A stretch of DNA of 57,506 nt from Prorocentrum cordatum (taxonomy: Eukaryota). Under the pieces are notes generated by a model, which searched no databases, had not been told where the DNA came from, and was given only the letters and a program-made list of their open reading frames with translations. The translations under genes and the position numbers were made by a program. Positions 38,756 through 51,000 of the stretch are shown here, piece after piece (positions within the stretch are counted from its first letter, which is position 1; the number at the start of each line of letters is the position of its first letter). The stretch covers positions 62,001 to 119,506 of the forward strand of contig CAUYUJ010000020.1 of the NCBI GenBank assembly GCA_963575745.1. Direction: 5' to 3'.

Positions 38756-39502
38756 CTGGAGTACCATATGGGACCTGCTCTGGAGCAGGAACATACCGTA
38801 GACGGATCTACCCTTCTCCGACCTTGCACCGCGCCGAACGGCACGGCCACGTTGTCCACAGACGTGTGCTCACCCTGAAAGCGTCTGTGGACGCCACGGC
38901 ACCCAATGTGTGCCGCCCACGGACGCCCTTGCCTGGGACGTGAGAACGGTTTTTGGCGCTGGCTCCACACGTGGACCTTCTGGAAGCAGAGGCAGGCCTG
39001 GCCCTCCCACTTCGCGCCCTCGGGGGCGCCCATGGCCGCACCCTCGCACCCCACGACCTGGACCGCCCGCCCCTCCTCTCCCAGCCTGCGGCAGCACGCC
39101 CGGCGCGGCGGCGGCCCGTGGGGTCGCGGCCCCGCGGGTGCGCGCTGGCAGGGGCCCCGGCGACGAGCGGCCGGGGGCGCTGTCGGCAGGCGGGGAGCGC
39201 GCCGGCGAGGAGAGAGCTGGCACAGGTCGGCGGCGAGCGAGGGGGAGAAGGGGGAGGAGGAGGAGGAGGAGGAGGAGGAGGAGGAGGAGGAGGAGGAGGA
39301 GGAGGAGGAGGAGGAGGACGAGGAGGAAGAGGAGCAGAAGGAGCAGGAGGAGGAGGTGGAGGAGGAGGGAGAGCAGGAGGAGCAGGAGGAGGAGGAAAAC
39401 CGCCGTAGTATGACGCCGACGTAGCACGGTCAATAGGGTGCGGGCGGTGAGAGTAGAAGCCTTGAGTGGCCAACCTCGATTGTTCCCGTAGGGTATTGTT
39501 GA

Positions 39503-39696
39503 TTCCGCGGCGAGCAGGGGGGAAGTGAGAAGGAGAAGGCCCTCTCAGAAGGTGGCGGGACTTCTCAGAAGCCCTCGCGCCTTCTGAAAAGTTGTTTGCG
39601 CTTTCGGTGCTTAGAACACTTCTCTGAAGGCCCTGGGATTTCCAAGCCTTCTGATAAGGTCCGCCCTATTTCACTTCCCCCCTCGCTCGCTGCGAA
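39503..39696. mobile_element. Degenerate MITE-like element, ~190 bp, ~50-bp TIRs
   Basis: TCCGCGGCGAGC-AGGGGGGAAGTGAGA...TCAGAAGG matches the reverse complement TCGCAGCGAGCGAGGGGGGAAGTGAAA...TCAGAAGG. No clear TSD. Confidence 0.6.
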
Positions 39697-39756
39697 ACAC
39701 GTGAACGAGAAGCTGACGGCGCGCCAAGCTTTCCCAGAGCAAGAAAGAGGCTGCCT

Positions 39757-39794
39757 CGACGACGGCGACGACGACGACGACGGCGACGATGACA

Positions 39795-39828
<34 letters not shown>

Positions 39829-39835
39829 CGACGAT

Positions 39836-39867
<32 letters not shown>

Positions 39868-39978
39868 TGACAACGATGACGACGACGACGACGACGACGA
39901 CGATGACAACGATGACGACGACGACGACGACGGCGACGGCGACGGCGACGACATTAGCGGCGACGGCGGCGACGGCGA

Positions 39979-40052
<74 letters not shown>

Positions 40053-40055
40053 ACG
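39757..40055. repeat. (GAC)n microsatellite
   Basis: Direct reading. It is the source of the poly-D, poly-T and poly-S pseudo-ORFs. Confidence 0.95.
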
Positions 40056-40559
40056 CCAACACCACACCACCCGCCGCCGCCGCCGCCGTCATCGCATGGC
40101 GGCGTCTACGAGGCGGTTCCGCTGGAAGGGCCGCCGTTCTGAGAAGGCGAGGGTTCTTGGAAAAGGTCGGGGGCCTCTGGGGACACTGATTGGCAGGCAC
40201 GAAGTCTGATGAGCAGCACCCCCGTCATGAGCTGTTTCTTGACAATGGCACGAGGAGAAACCGGCCAGACGATACAGATGCGACGGCCAGTGCAGCTGGA
40301 GGCGGTGAATTCACGGAGACCACGGGAGCGCACCAAGTCGCAAATGACAAGGCCCGAGCCGAGCCCAGCATTTTCCAAAGGTGCCTCGGATAATTCCCCC
40401 ACACACACACACGAAAAACGCCTGCTGCGCGCGCGGGCGAGAGGGGGAGGTCCGAGCTTCGAAGGTCTAGTTTTTGGACCCGTTCCACAAACAAAAAGGC
40501 GAAGAACCCAACCATATGCAGTTGTCAGTACCGCAGCTCTGGGTTTCATCTTCAGTGGA

Positions 40560-42445
40560 ACCCCCCATCGGACCACGGAACGTGTGAGGGGTGTGCCGAA
40601 ATGGGTGCCACTGGGGCTCTCGGTGAAGCTCCATATGGGGACATGAAACACGTGCGGGGCGTGCCGACATGGATGGCGGAAACGCATGTGAGGGCCGCCA
40701 CTGGGGCCTCCAGTGGAGCTCCCTATGGGGCCCCGAAACATGCGGGGTGGTGCCGGGATGGGTGGCGGAGACGCATGTCAGTGCCGCTACTGGGGCCTTC
40801 GGTGGAGCTCCCTATGGGGCCACGAAGCGCGTGGGGGGTGTACTGGGTTGTGTGGCGGGGACGCATGTGAGCGCCGCCACTGGGGCCTTCGGTGCAGCTC
40901 CCTATGGGGCCACGAAACGTGAAAGGGGTGTGCCGATTTGGGTGCGGGTGACGCACGCGGGCGGTGCCACTGGGGCCTTCGGTAGAGCTCCCTATGGGGC
41001 CACGAAACTTGAAATTGGCGTGCCCGGATGGGTAGCGGGGACGCATGTGAGCGCGGCCACTGGGGCCTCCGGTGGAGCTCCCTATGGGGCCACGAAACGT
41101 GTGAGGGGTGTGCCGAATTGGGTGGGTGTGGGTGACGCATGTGAACGCCGCCACTGGAGCCTCCGGTGGAGCTCCCGATGGGCGGCAGCACTGGGACCTT
41201 CGGTGGAGCTCCCTATGGGGCCGCGAAACGTGTGAGGGGTGTGCCGAATTGGGCGTGCGGGACGCATGCGGGCGGCAGCACTGGGGCCTCCGGTGGAGCT
41301 CCCTATGGGGCCACGAAACGTGTGAGGGGTGTGCCGACATGGGTGTGCGGGACGCATGCGTGCGGCAGCACTGGGGCCGTCCGCGGAGCTCCCTATGGGG
41401 CCACGAAACGTGTGAGGGGCGTGCCGACTTGGGTGTGCGGGACGCATGCGGGCGGCAGCACTGGGGCCTCCAGTGGAGCTCCCTATGGGGCCACGAAACG
41501 TGTGAGGGGTGTGCCGAATTGGGTATGCGGGACGCACGCGGGCGGCAGCACTGGGGCCGTCGGTGGAGCTCCCTATGGGGCCACGAAACGTGTGAGGGGT
41601 GTGCCGAAACGGGTGTGCGGGATGCATGCGGGCGGCAGCACTGAGGCCTTCGGTGGAGCTCCCTATGGAGCCACGAAACGTGTGAAGGGTGTGCCGACAT
41701 CGGTGTGCGGGACGCATGCGGGCACACTGGGGCAGCTGCGGTGCCGGCAGCACTGGGGCCTTCGGTGCAGCTCCCTATGGGGCCACGAAACGTGTGAGGG
41801 GTGTGCCGAAGTGGGTGTGCGGGACGCATGCGGGCGGCAGCACTGGGACCTTCGGTGGAGCTCCCTGTGGGGCCACGAAACGTGTGAGGGGTGTGCCGAA
41901 TGGGTGTGCGGGACGCATGCGGACGGCAGCACTGGGGCCTTCGGTGGAGCTCCCTGTGGGGCCACGAAACGTGTGAGGGGTGTGCCGAAATGGGTGTGCG
42001 GGACGCATGCGGGCGGCAGCACTGGGGCCTTCGGTGGAGCTCCCTATGGGGCCACGAAACGTGTGAGGGGTGTGCCGACATCGGTGTGCGGGACGCATGC
42101 GGGCGGCAGCGCTGGGACCTTCGGTGGAGCTCCCTACGGGGCCACGAAACGTGTGAGGGGTGTGCCGAATTGGGTGTGCCGGACGCATGCGGGCGGCAGC
42201 ACTGGGGCCTTCGGTGGAGCTCCCTAGGGGGTCACGAAACGTGTGAGGGGTGTGCCGAAGTGGGTGTGCGGGACGCATGCGGGCGGCAGCACTGGGGCCT
42301 TCGGTGGAGCTCCCTATGGGGCCACGAAACGTGTGAGGGGTGTGCCGAATTGGGCGTGCGGGACGCATGCGGGCGACAGCACTGGGGCCTTCGGTGGAGC
42401 TCCCTCAGAAGCCACGAAACGCGTGAGGGATGCGCCGAAATGGGG
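40560..42445. repeat. Satellite C: about 21 tandem 90-bp units
   Basis: Unit CACTGGGGCCTTCGGTGGAGCTCCCTATGGGGCCACGAAACGTGTGAGGGGTGTGCCGAA... Anchors at 41281, 41371, 41461 and 41551 give a 90-bp period. Confidence 0.95.
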
Positions 42446-45400
42446 TGGTGGGAGGAGGGAGGGGGCAGCGGGAAAGGAAGAGGGAAGGAAGGAACGCGGG
42501 GCGACGTTTCTTCAAAACGAGGACCCAACACCACAGAATGGTGGGGAAGAAACTCAAAAACCGCAAGAGCCCAAGACGCTCCTGAGAGGGCCCCCGGGAC
42601 GGCCCGGCAGAGCGCACAGAGACGGCGCGGGCGACTGCCAAAACCGCCCGAGGCGCCGCCCAGAAGGCCCCAAGACGCGCCCGCGCCGGCGGGGGACGCG
42701 CCACGAGGGGCCCGGCTGACTGCGCGGGCCGCGCCCCGCGGTGCGCGACGCGCGGGGATCTGGCCGCCCTGGCGCCGCCGCCCTCGACAGGGGCGCAGCT
42801 CTCCGGCTCTCGGGCCGCGGGGCGCGCCGCGCGCCCCGTTCCGCGCCGCCCTCGGGCGGTGGCCGAGCGGGCCGCCGAGGCATCTGCTGCAGGCGAGGGC
42901 TCCAAAACGTCGACAGAGCAGCGCGGGCGCTCATAGGAGACCGAGGTCAGGCGTCTAGATACTAGGCGCTGGCGGTAAACCGTCAACCTTTCTCACCGCC
43001 GGCGGACTCGTAGAGCTTCCTGACCATATTTAATGTCAAAAAATTGTAGAGAACCAATAGTTTTTCAGCCCGAGCGACTTCAGACCTCTCGATGCTACAG
43101 CCGAACGCCCCTGACTTCTGGATCGTTTTCTGTGCGTACTAGCTTGTAGCTGTCCTACAGCCCGAGTACAATACAGAAAAGGGACAACATCTGCCAAGGT
43201 AACTTGGAGAATACGAATAGTTTTGCAGACCTAGCCGGGGCAGCAAACCCAGTTCAGACCTCTGGATACAACAGACAAACGCGCACACTGATTCCGAACC
43301 AGTTTGCGTAGCAGCTCTGCAGCTCACTTACAGCCCGAGTTACGTGCGAAAATCGACAGCGCTCTCAAGATGACTCGAACAATACGAATAGTTTCGCGAA
43401 CTAGCTCGAGTAGCAGACCGAATTCAGACCTCTGAATGCGACAGGCCGACGCGACTGATGTTCCAAATCGATTCCTGTGATTATCAGGCCTGTAGCCACC
43501 CTACAGCTCGAGTTGACTGCAGAAAACCGACAGCACCTCTCAAGATGACTCGAACAATACGAATAGTTTCGCGAACCTAGCTCGGGTAGCCGACCGATTT
43601 CAGACCTCTGAATGCGACAAGCAGACGCGCCTGATGTCTCCGAATCGATACCTGTGATTATCAGCCCTGGAGCCCCCTACAGCCCGAGTTGAGTGCAGAA
43701 AACCGACAGCATCTCTCAAGATGACTCGAACAGTACAAATACTTTCGCGGACCTAGCTCGGACAGAAGACCCGGTTCAGAACTCTGAATTCAAAAGACAC
43801 ACGCGCCTGATGATTTCGAATCGGTTTCTGTAAGTATCAGCTCTGCAGCTACAGCTCGAGTTTAATTAAAAAACCGACAACGCCTGTCAAGATGACTTCA
43901 AACGGCCGATCCCGCCGGGATGCTTTTTGGCAGTAAAAGGTACCCGATCGAGCTGAGATCAAGAAGACTAGAGCGAATGAGATCGAATATCATGGCAAAA
44001 AAATACTAGAGCTCTAACGAATGGTTGAATTTCGAAAAAAAAAAAAATCAACCGACCAAAAGTCACCAAAAGGTCCGTCGAGATTTTTCTTGCCAACTAG
44101 CTCTAGAGCGACCCGGAATTACTGGCACCGGCGGTGATCCGTCAACCTGATCACCGCCAGGAACCTCGTAGAGCTCCTTCCACGCGTGAGAGTGCTCAGA
44201 GTCGAAGAAGAGAGCTTCTGGAGGCATTCTCAAAAATTGAAGATTCATTTTTTCATGTCGACATAAAGTTGGTTCCCCCAAGTGTTATGATAGTAAAGGT
44301 GTGCCTACAGATCTCACATTCAGACGCATAGGCCCTTACAGTCGTCTACAGGTGCGAAAGATCTGGTTTCTCAAAACTTGGTGGCGTCCAAAGCCCGGCG
44401 AGACTGGCGCCGGCGATGAACCGTCAACCTGGTCACCGCCGGAACCTCGTAGAGCTCCTTTCACGCGTGAGTGTGCTCAGAGCCGAAAAAGAGAGCTTAT
44501 GGAGGCATTTCTCGAAAAAAGGCAAAAAACAATTTTCATGTCGACCTGAAGTTGGTTCCGCCAAGTGCTTTGATAGTAAAAGTGCGCCTACAGAGCTCAT
44601 ATTAAGACGAAGAGGCCCTGATAGTCGTTTACAGGTGCGAAAAGCCTGCTCTCAAAATAAATGGTCAAATATCTTTCAAATATTCGCAAAACCACCCAAA
44701 AGTTGCGACTTTGTCCTGTCTGGTCGGCTCGACCAACTGGGCGCCGGCGGTAAACCGTCAACCTTTCTTAACGCCGGGGGACTCGTAGAGCTTCCTGACC
44801 ATATATTATGTCTAAAGAATTAGCAGAGAACGAACAGTTTTCAGCCCGAGCGCTGATAGCAGACTGATCTCAGGCGTCTAGTGATATTCCATTGCTGTGC
44901 TGAACAGTGAAGAAATTCACCATCATTTGACAAAAAATTCGGTCGAATACGAATACTTTTGTGAACCTAGCTCGGGTAGCAGGCCGAGTTCAGACCTCTG
45001 GATGCAGCAGACGAACGCTCACAATGCTTCTGCACCAGTTTCTTTGCGCACCAGCGCTGTAGCTCTCCTACAGCCCGAGTTCAATACGGGAAAGGGACAA
45101 CATCTGTCAAGGTGACTTGAAAAATACAAATCGTTTTGCGGACCTAGCCCGAGTACAGACCCAGTTCAGACCTCTGGATGCAACAGACGGACGCGCATGA
45201 TGATTCCGAATCAGTTTCTGTGCGCATCAGCTCTGTAGCTCCCCTAGAGCTCGAGTTAAGTACAGCAAACCGACAGTCCCTGTTGAGATGACTCGAGCGA
45301 TACGAACAGTTTTGCGGACCTAGCTCGAGTAGCAGACCGCGTTCAGACTTCTGCATGCGATAGGCGGAAGCGCCTGGTGTCTCCGATTGTTTTCTGTGAT

Positions 45401-46836
45401 TACCAGCCCGCTAGCCCCCCTATAGCCTGAGTTAAGTGCAGAAAACCGATTGCATCTCTCAACAATACGAATAGTTTTGCGGATCTAGCTCGGGCAGCAG
45501 ACCGAGTTCAGACATCTGCATGCGACAGACAAACTTTCTCTAAGTATGAGCTCTGTTGCTGCCCTACAGCTCGAGTTAAGTACAAAATACCGACAACGCG
45601 TATCAAGATGACTCGAAATAGCCGATCCCGCCTGGACGCTTTTCGGCAGTAAAAGTTATCCCATCGAGCTGAGATCAAGACGGCGAGCGGGAATAAGATC
45701 GAATATCAGAGGAAAAAATACTACAGCTCTGACGAATGGTTGAATTCTAAGAACAAAATTTTCAACCGACCAAAAGTCCGCAAAAGGTCCATCGAGACTT
45801 TTCCTGCCAACTGGGCGCCGGCGGTAAACCGTCAACGTTTCTTACGCCGGGGGACTCGTAGAGCTTCCTCACCATTATTTGTTTTTGTTTTTTTACGGAG
45901 AGAACGAACAGCTTTTCAGCCTGAGCGATTTCAAACCTCTCGATGCAACAGCCGAACGCCCCCTGATGCTTCTGGATCGTTTTCTGTGCGTACCAGCTCG
46001 TAGCGATCCTACAGCCCGAGTTCAATACAGAAAAGGGACAAGATCTGCTAAGGTGACTTGAAGAACACGAGTAGTTTTGCGGACCTAACCCGAGTAGCAA
46101 ACCGAGTTCAGACCTCTGGATGCAACAGACGAACGCGCACGATAATATCGAGTCAGTTTCTGTGCGCATCAGCTCTGTAGGTATGCTACAGCCCGAGTTA
46201 CGTGCGAAAATCGACAGCACCTCGCAAGATGACTCGAACAATACGAATAGTTTCGCGAACCTAGCTCGAGTAGCAGACCGAGTTCAGACCTCTGAATGCG
46301 AAAGGCGGACGCGCCTGATGTCTCCGAATCGGTTCCTATGATTACGAGCCCTGTAGCGGCCCTACAGCCCGAGTTAAGTGCAGAAAACCGACAGCACCTC
46401 TCAAGATGACTCGAACAATACGAATAGCTTCGCGGACCTAGCTCGGGCAGCAGACCGAGTTCAGAGCTCTGGATTCGGGAGACAAACGCGCCTTATCACT
46501 TTGAATCGGTTTCTGCAAGTATCAGCTCTGTAGCTGTCCTATACCTCGAGTTAAGTTCAAAAAACCGACAACACCTGTCGAGATGACTCGAAACGGCCCC
46601 GCCTGCCTGCTTTTTGGCAGTGAAAGCTACCCGATCGAGCTGAGATCAAGACGGCGATCGCGAATAACATCGAATATGATGAGAAAAATACTAGAGCTCA
46701 AACGAATTGAGGAATTTCGAGAACAAAATTTTCAACCGCCCACAAGTCAGCAAAAGCTCCGTCGAGATTGTTCGTGCCAACTAGCTCTCCAGCGCCCTGG
46801 AATTACTGGCGCCGGCGGTGAACCGTCAACCTAGTC

Positions 46837-48057
46837 TTTTGCGGTCTTTTGCGGACGGTCGATTCGAGCCTCCACGGAGGCAGACCGAAACACAAAGCAA
46901 CTCAGAACAGAGCCTGAGAGCAAAACGCTGAGCGTACTAACAGCGAAGCTGTACAGCAATGCCCAAGAGCGTATATCACACTAAGAAACAACTAAAATGG
47001 AATAAATAGTAAAAGCAATGCGAGAACCTGCAGTAACCACATACAGCGATTACCGTCTCAGCACCACTGAGAAAAGAAGCTGTGAGAGACCATACAGTAA
47101 CCACTCGTTTATACAGCGATTACCGTCTCAACACCACTGAGACAAACACGAAACTAAGAGAACTAAAATAGCAAGTGCGCTTCAAAGCAATGCGAGACCA
47201 TGCAGTAAACACATATAGCGATTACCGTCTCAGCACCACTGAAAGACCATGCACGTGAAACACAACGAATTTGCGGTCGACTGTGCACAGAGTCAGGCAA
47301 GACACCCACCACTCTTTGAGCGGGAGTGGGCAAATGAAATACTCGCATTCCGAACAAAGTGAAGATCACGCGGAGCTCTTATACCAACATGCGTGCATGT
47401 CCGATACACACACACAGCATGGCAAGAGTCAACGCAAACACAAAGTCCGAAAAATGTCGTAACAACCCGCGGTAAGACAAGAGTCGTATGCTCACGTCAA
47501 ATATGTGATAACTGAATGTCTGATAACGCACTCAAGAAGTAACTCACGGATAACAGAATGTCTGATAACGCACTCAGTATCTTGAATCACCTGCATAACT
47601 GAATGTCTGATAACGCACTCAAGTATCTTGAATTCTGATCGGTACGATTCAAAGAAAGAATGAAAACAGGCACGCCGATACAATGCAGAGAACCTCAATC
47701 TCAAGATACTCCAATGTCACAGAACTGTCAAAGTACCTCAATGTCAAAGAATACACACGTGTGCAAGAACAATAATGGAGAAAGCGCAAGCAGGCAGCAC
47801 AAACAAGTACAAAGCGACGGCAGCGGCCTATGCGTTGAAGTCAGTCCCACTTCTGATGCCAAACAGAGCTGGCCTCCAGCACCTATCGTCTGTAGGCCCA
47901 AGGAGAGAAGGTCGTCGCAGCCGACGAAGTACCCGAATTTATTGCACGGCCCGCCCGCGCGCACACGGCCGCCCAGGGGGCAGCCTGAGGAGACAGGCTT
48001 GAGGAAGCCCCCGACGGGCCAGGCCACCGCTGAGATCCCCGAGGAGGGACAGCAGCG
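46837..48057 (-). mobile_element. 1.2-kb insertion with an 8-bp TSD (ACCTAGTC/ACCTGGTC), probably a 5'-truncated retroelement 3' end
   Basis: It splits the satellite B hairpin motif. TSD copies are at 46829-46836 and 48058-48065. The tandem GTCTTTTGCG x2 at the left end would be the minus-strand tail. Internal triplicated repeats lie at 47015-47245 and 47508-47625. Confidence 0.7.
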
Positions 48058-51000
48058 ACCTGGTCACCGCAGGGAACCTCGTAGAGCTCCTCACTGGTAA
48101 GAGTGCTCAGAATCGAAGTAGGGTCATAAAATCAAGATTTTCCGAAGATCTTCATTTCGATTTTTTCGATGTTCATATTGGCTCGGTTCCCAGATGTCAA
48201 CTCACAAGAAAATGCATCGGAAGAGCTCAGCTGCTATCAGAGAGGAGTCATATGCCAATGCTTGGCACAAAAATCTGCTTTCTCAAAATCATTGGTTAAA
48301 TATCTTTCAAATTTAGCAAAGCCCACCAAAAGTCACCACTTTGTCCGCCCCGGCCGGGTGGGCCAACTGGGCGCCGACGGTAAACCGCAACCTTTCTTAC
48401 CGCCGGGCGTAGAGCTTCCTGACAATATATAAGGTCAAAAAATTGCAGAGAACGAATAGTTTTTCAGCCCAAGAGATTTCACACCTCTCGATGCAACAGC
48501 CGAACGCCCCCGATGCTACTGGATTGTCTTCTCTACGAGCTCTGTAGCTCTCCTACAGCCCGAGTTACGTGCGTAAATCGATAGCAAAGATGACTCGAAC
48601 AAAACATAGTTTGGCAAACCCAGCTCGAGTATCATACCGAGTTCAGACTCTGAATGCGACCGGCGGACGCGTCTGATGCTCCGAGTCGTTTCCTGTGATT
48701 ACCAGCCATGCACCCCCCCTACAGCTCGAATAGTTTCGCGGACCTAGTTCGTGCAGCAGACCGAGTTCCGAGCTCTGGATTCGACAGGCGGACGCGCCTG
48801 ATGTCTTCAAATCGATCTCTGATCATCTGCACTGTAGCCCCCCTACAGCCCGAGTTCAGTGCAGAAAACCGACAACGCCTCTAAAGATGACTCGAACAAT
48901 ACGAATAGTTTCGCAATTCTAGATCGGGCAGCAGACCGAGTTCGGAGCTCTCGATTCAACAGACACACGCGACTGATGATTCTGGATCGGTTTCTGTAGT
49001 ATCAGCTTTGTAGCTGTCCTATAACTCGAGTTTAGTACAGATAACCGAGAGCGCCTGTCAAGATGACTCGAATAATACGAATAGGTTTGCGGACCTAGCT
49101 CGGCTAGCAGGCCGAGTTCAGACCTCCAGATTCAACAGACGGACGCGCCTGATCGTTCTGAATCGATAAGATGTGCCAGCTGTGCAGCTGTCCTGTATCT
49201 CGAGTTAAGTCCAATAAACTGACAGCGCGTATCAAGATGACTCGAAACGACCGATCCCGTCCGTGTGCTTTTGGCAGTAAAAGATACCCGATCGAGCTGA
49301 GATCAAGATGGCAAGCGGGAATAAGATCGAATATCACGGGAAAAAATACTAGAGCTCTAACGAATGGTTGAACTGGGAGCCGGCGGTAAACCGTCAACCA
49401 GGTTACAGCCGGGACCCTCGTAGAGCTCTGAATAGGCCGAGTCGGTTCCGAAATAACAGCAGAAAAACGCTTCTCAAACGAATGGTTGAATTTGAAGAAC
49501 CAATTTTTTAACCGACCAAAAGTCAGCAAAAGGTCCGTCGAGATTTGTCTTGCCACCTAGCTCTCCAGCGCGCCGGAATTACTCTTCAGCTTCCGGCAAC
49601 AACTTGCGAAGGGAAGCTCTACGAGTTACTGGGCGCCGGCGGTAAACCGTCAACCTGTCTTGCCGCCGGGGGACTCGTAGAGCTTCCTGACAATATATAA
49701 TGTCGAAAAAATTGCAGAGAACGAATAGTTCTTCAGCCCAAGCGATTTCAGATCTCTCGATGCAACAGCCGAACGCCCCCGATGCTTCTGGATTGTCTTC
49801 TGTACGAGCTCTGTAGCTCTCCTACAGCCCGAGTTACGTGCGCAAATCGACAGCACCTCTCAAGATGACTCGAACAATACGAATAGTTTGGCAAACCTAG
49901 CTCGAGTATCGGACCGAGTTCAGACCTCTAAATGAATTCGACAGGCGGACACGTCTGATGTCTCTGAATCGATTCCTGTGATTACCAGCACTGCAGGCCC
50001 CCCTACAGACCGAGTTAAGTGCAGAAAACTGACAGCACCGCTCAGGATGACTCGAACAATACGAATAGCTTCGCGGACCTAGTTCGGGCAGCAGACCGAG
50101 TTCAGAGCTCTCGATTCGACAAGCGAACGCGCCTGATCTCTCCAAATCGATTTCAGCGACTACCAGCACTGTAGCCCCTCTACAGCCCCAGTTAAGTACA
50201 GAAAACCGACAGCACGTCTCAAGATGACTCGAACAATACGAATAGTGTCGGGATTCTAGATCGGGCAGCAGACCGAGGTCAGAGCTCTGGCTGCAATAGA
50301 CGAGCGCGAATGATGATTCTGAATCGTTTTCTGTAAGTATTAGCTCTGTAGCTGTCATATAGCTGGAGTTAATTACAGAAAACCGAGAGCGTCTGTCAAG
50401 ATGGCTCTAATAATACGAATCGGCATGCGGACCTAGCTCGGCTAGCAGACCGAGTTCAGACCTCTAGATGCAACAGACGAACGCTCCTGATCATTCTGAA
50501 TCGGTAAGGTGTGCTTACCAGCTCTGTAGCTTTCCTGTATCTCGAGTTAAGTCCAATATACCGAGAGCGCGTATGAAGATGACTCGAAACGGCCGATCCC
50601 GCCCGTGTGCTTTTTGGCAGTGAAAGGTACCCGATCGAGCTGAGATGAAGATGGCGAGCGGGAATAAGATCGAATATGACGGGAAAAAATACTAGAGCTC
50701 AAGCGAATGGTTGAATTCGAGAACAAAATGTTCAACCGACCAAAAGTCAGCGAAAGGTCCGTCGAGATTTTTCTTGCCAACTAGCTCTCCAGCGCGCCGG
50801 AATTACTGGGCGCCGGCGGTAAACCGTCAACCTTTCTTACCGCCGGGGGACTCGCAGAGCTTCCTGACAATATATAATGTCGAAAAAAATGCAGAGAACG
50901 AATAGTATTAACGCCCCGGATGCTTCTGAATTGTCTTCTGTACGAGCTCTGTTTCTCTCCTACAGCCCGAGTTACGTGCGTAAATCGACAGCACCTCTCA

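Noticed and set aside
40206..40262. CTGATGAG hammerhead-ribozyme core
   Set aside because: No GAAA follows the potential stem II (CAGC/GCTG is followed by TTTC). The CTGATGA motifs in satellite B also lack the GAAA partner.
40669..42958. Long repetitive ORFs up to 452 aa (GAFGGAPYGATKRVRGVP)
   Set aside because: The 90-bp stop-poor unit is open in several frames on both strands, and indels shift the frames. There is no evidence of coding constraint.
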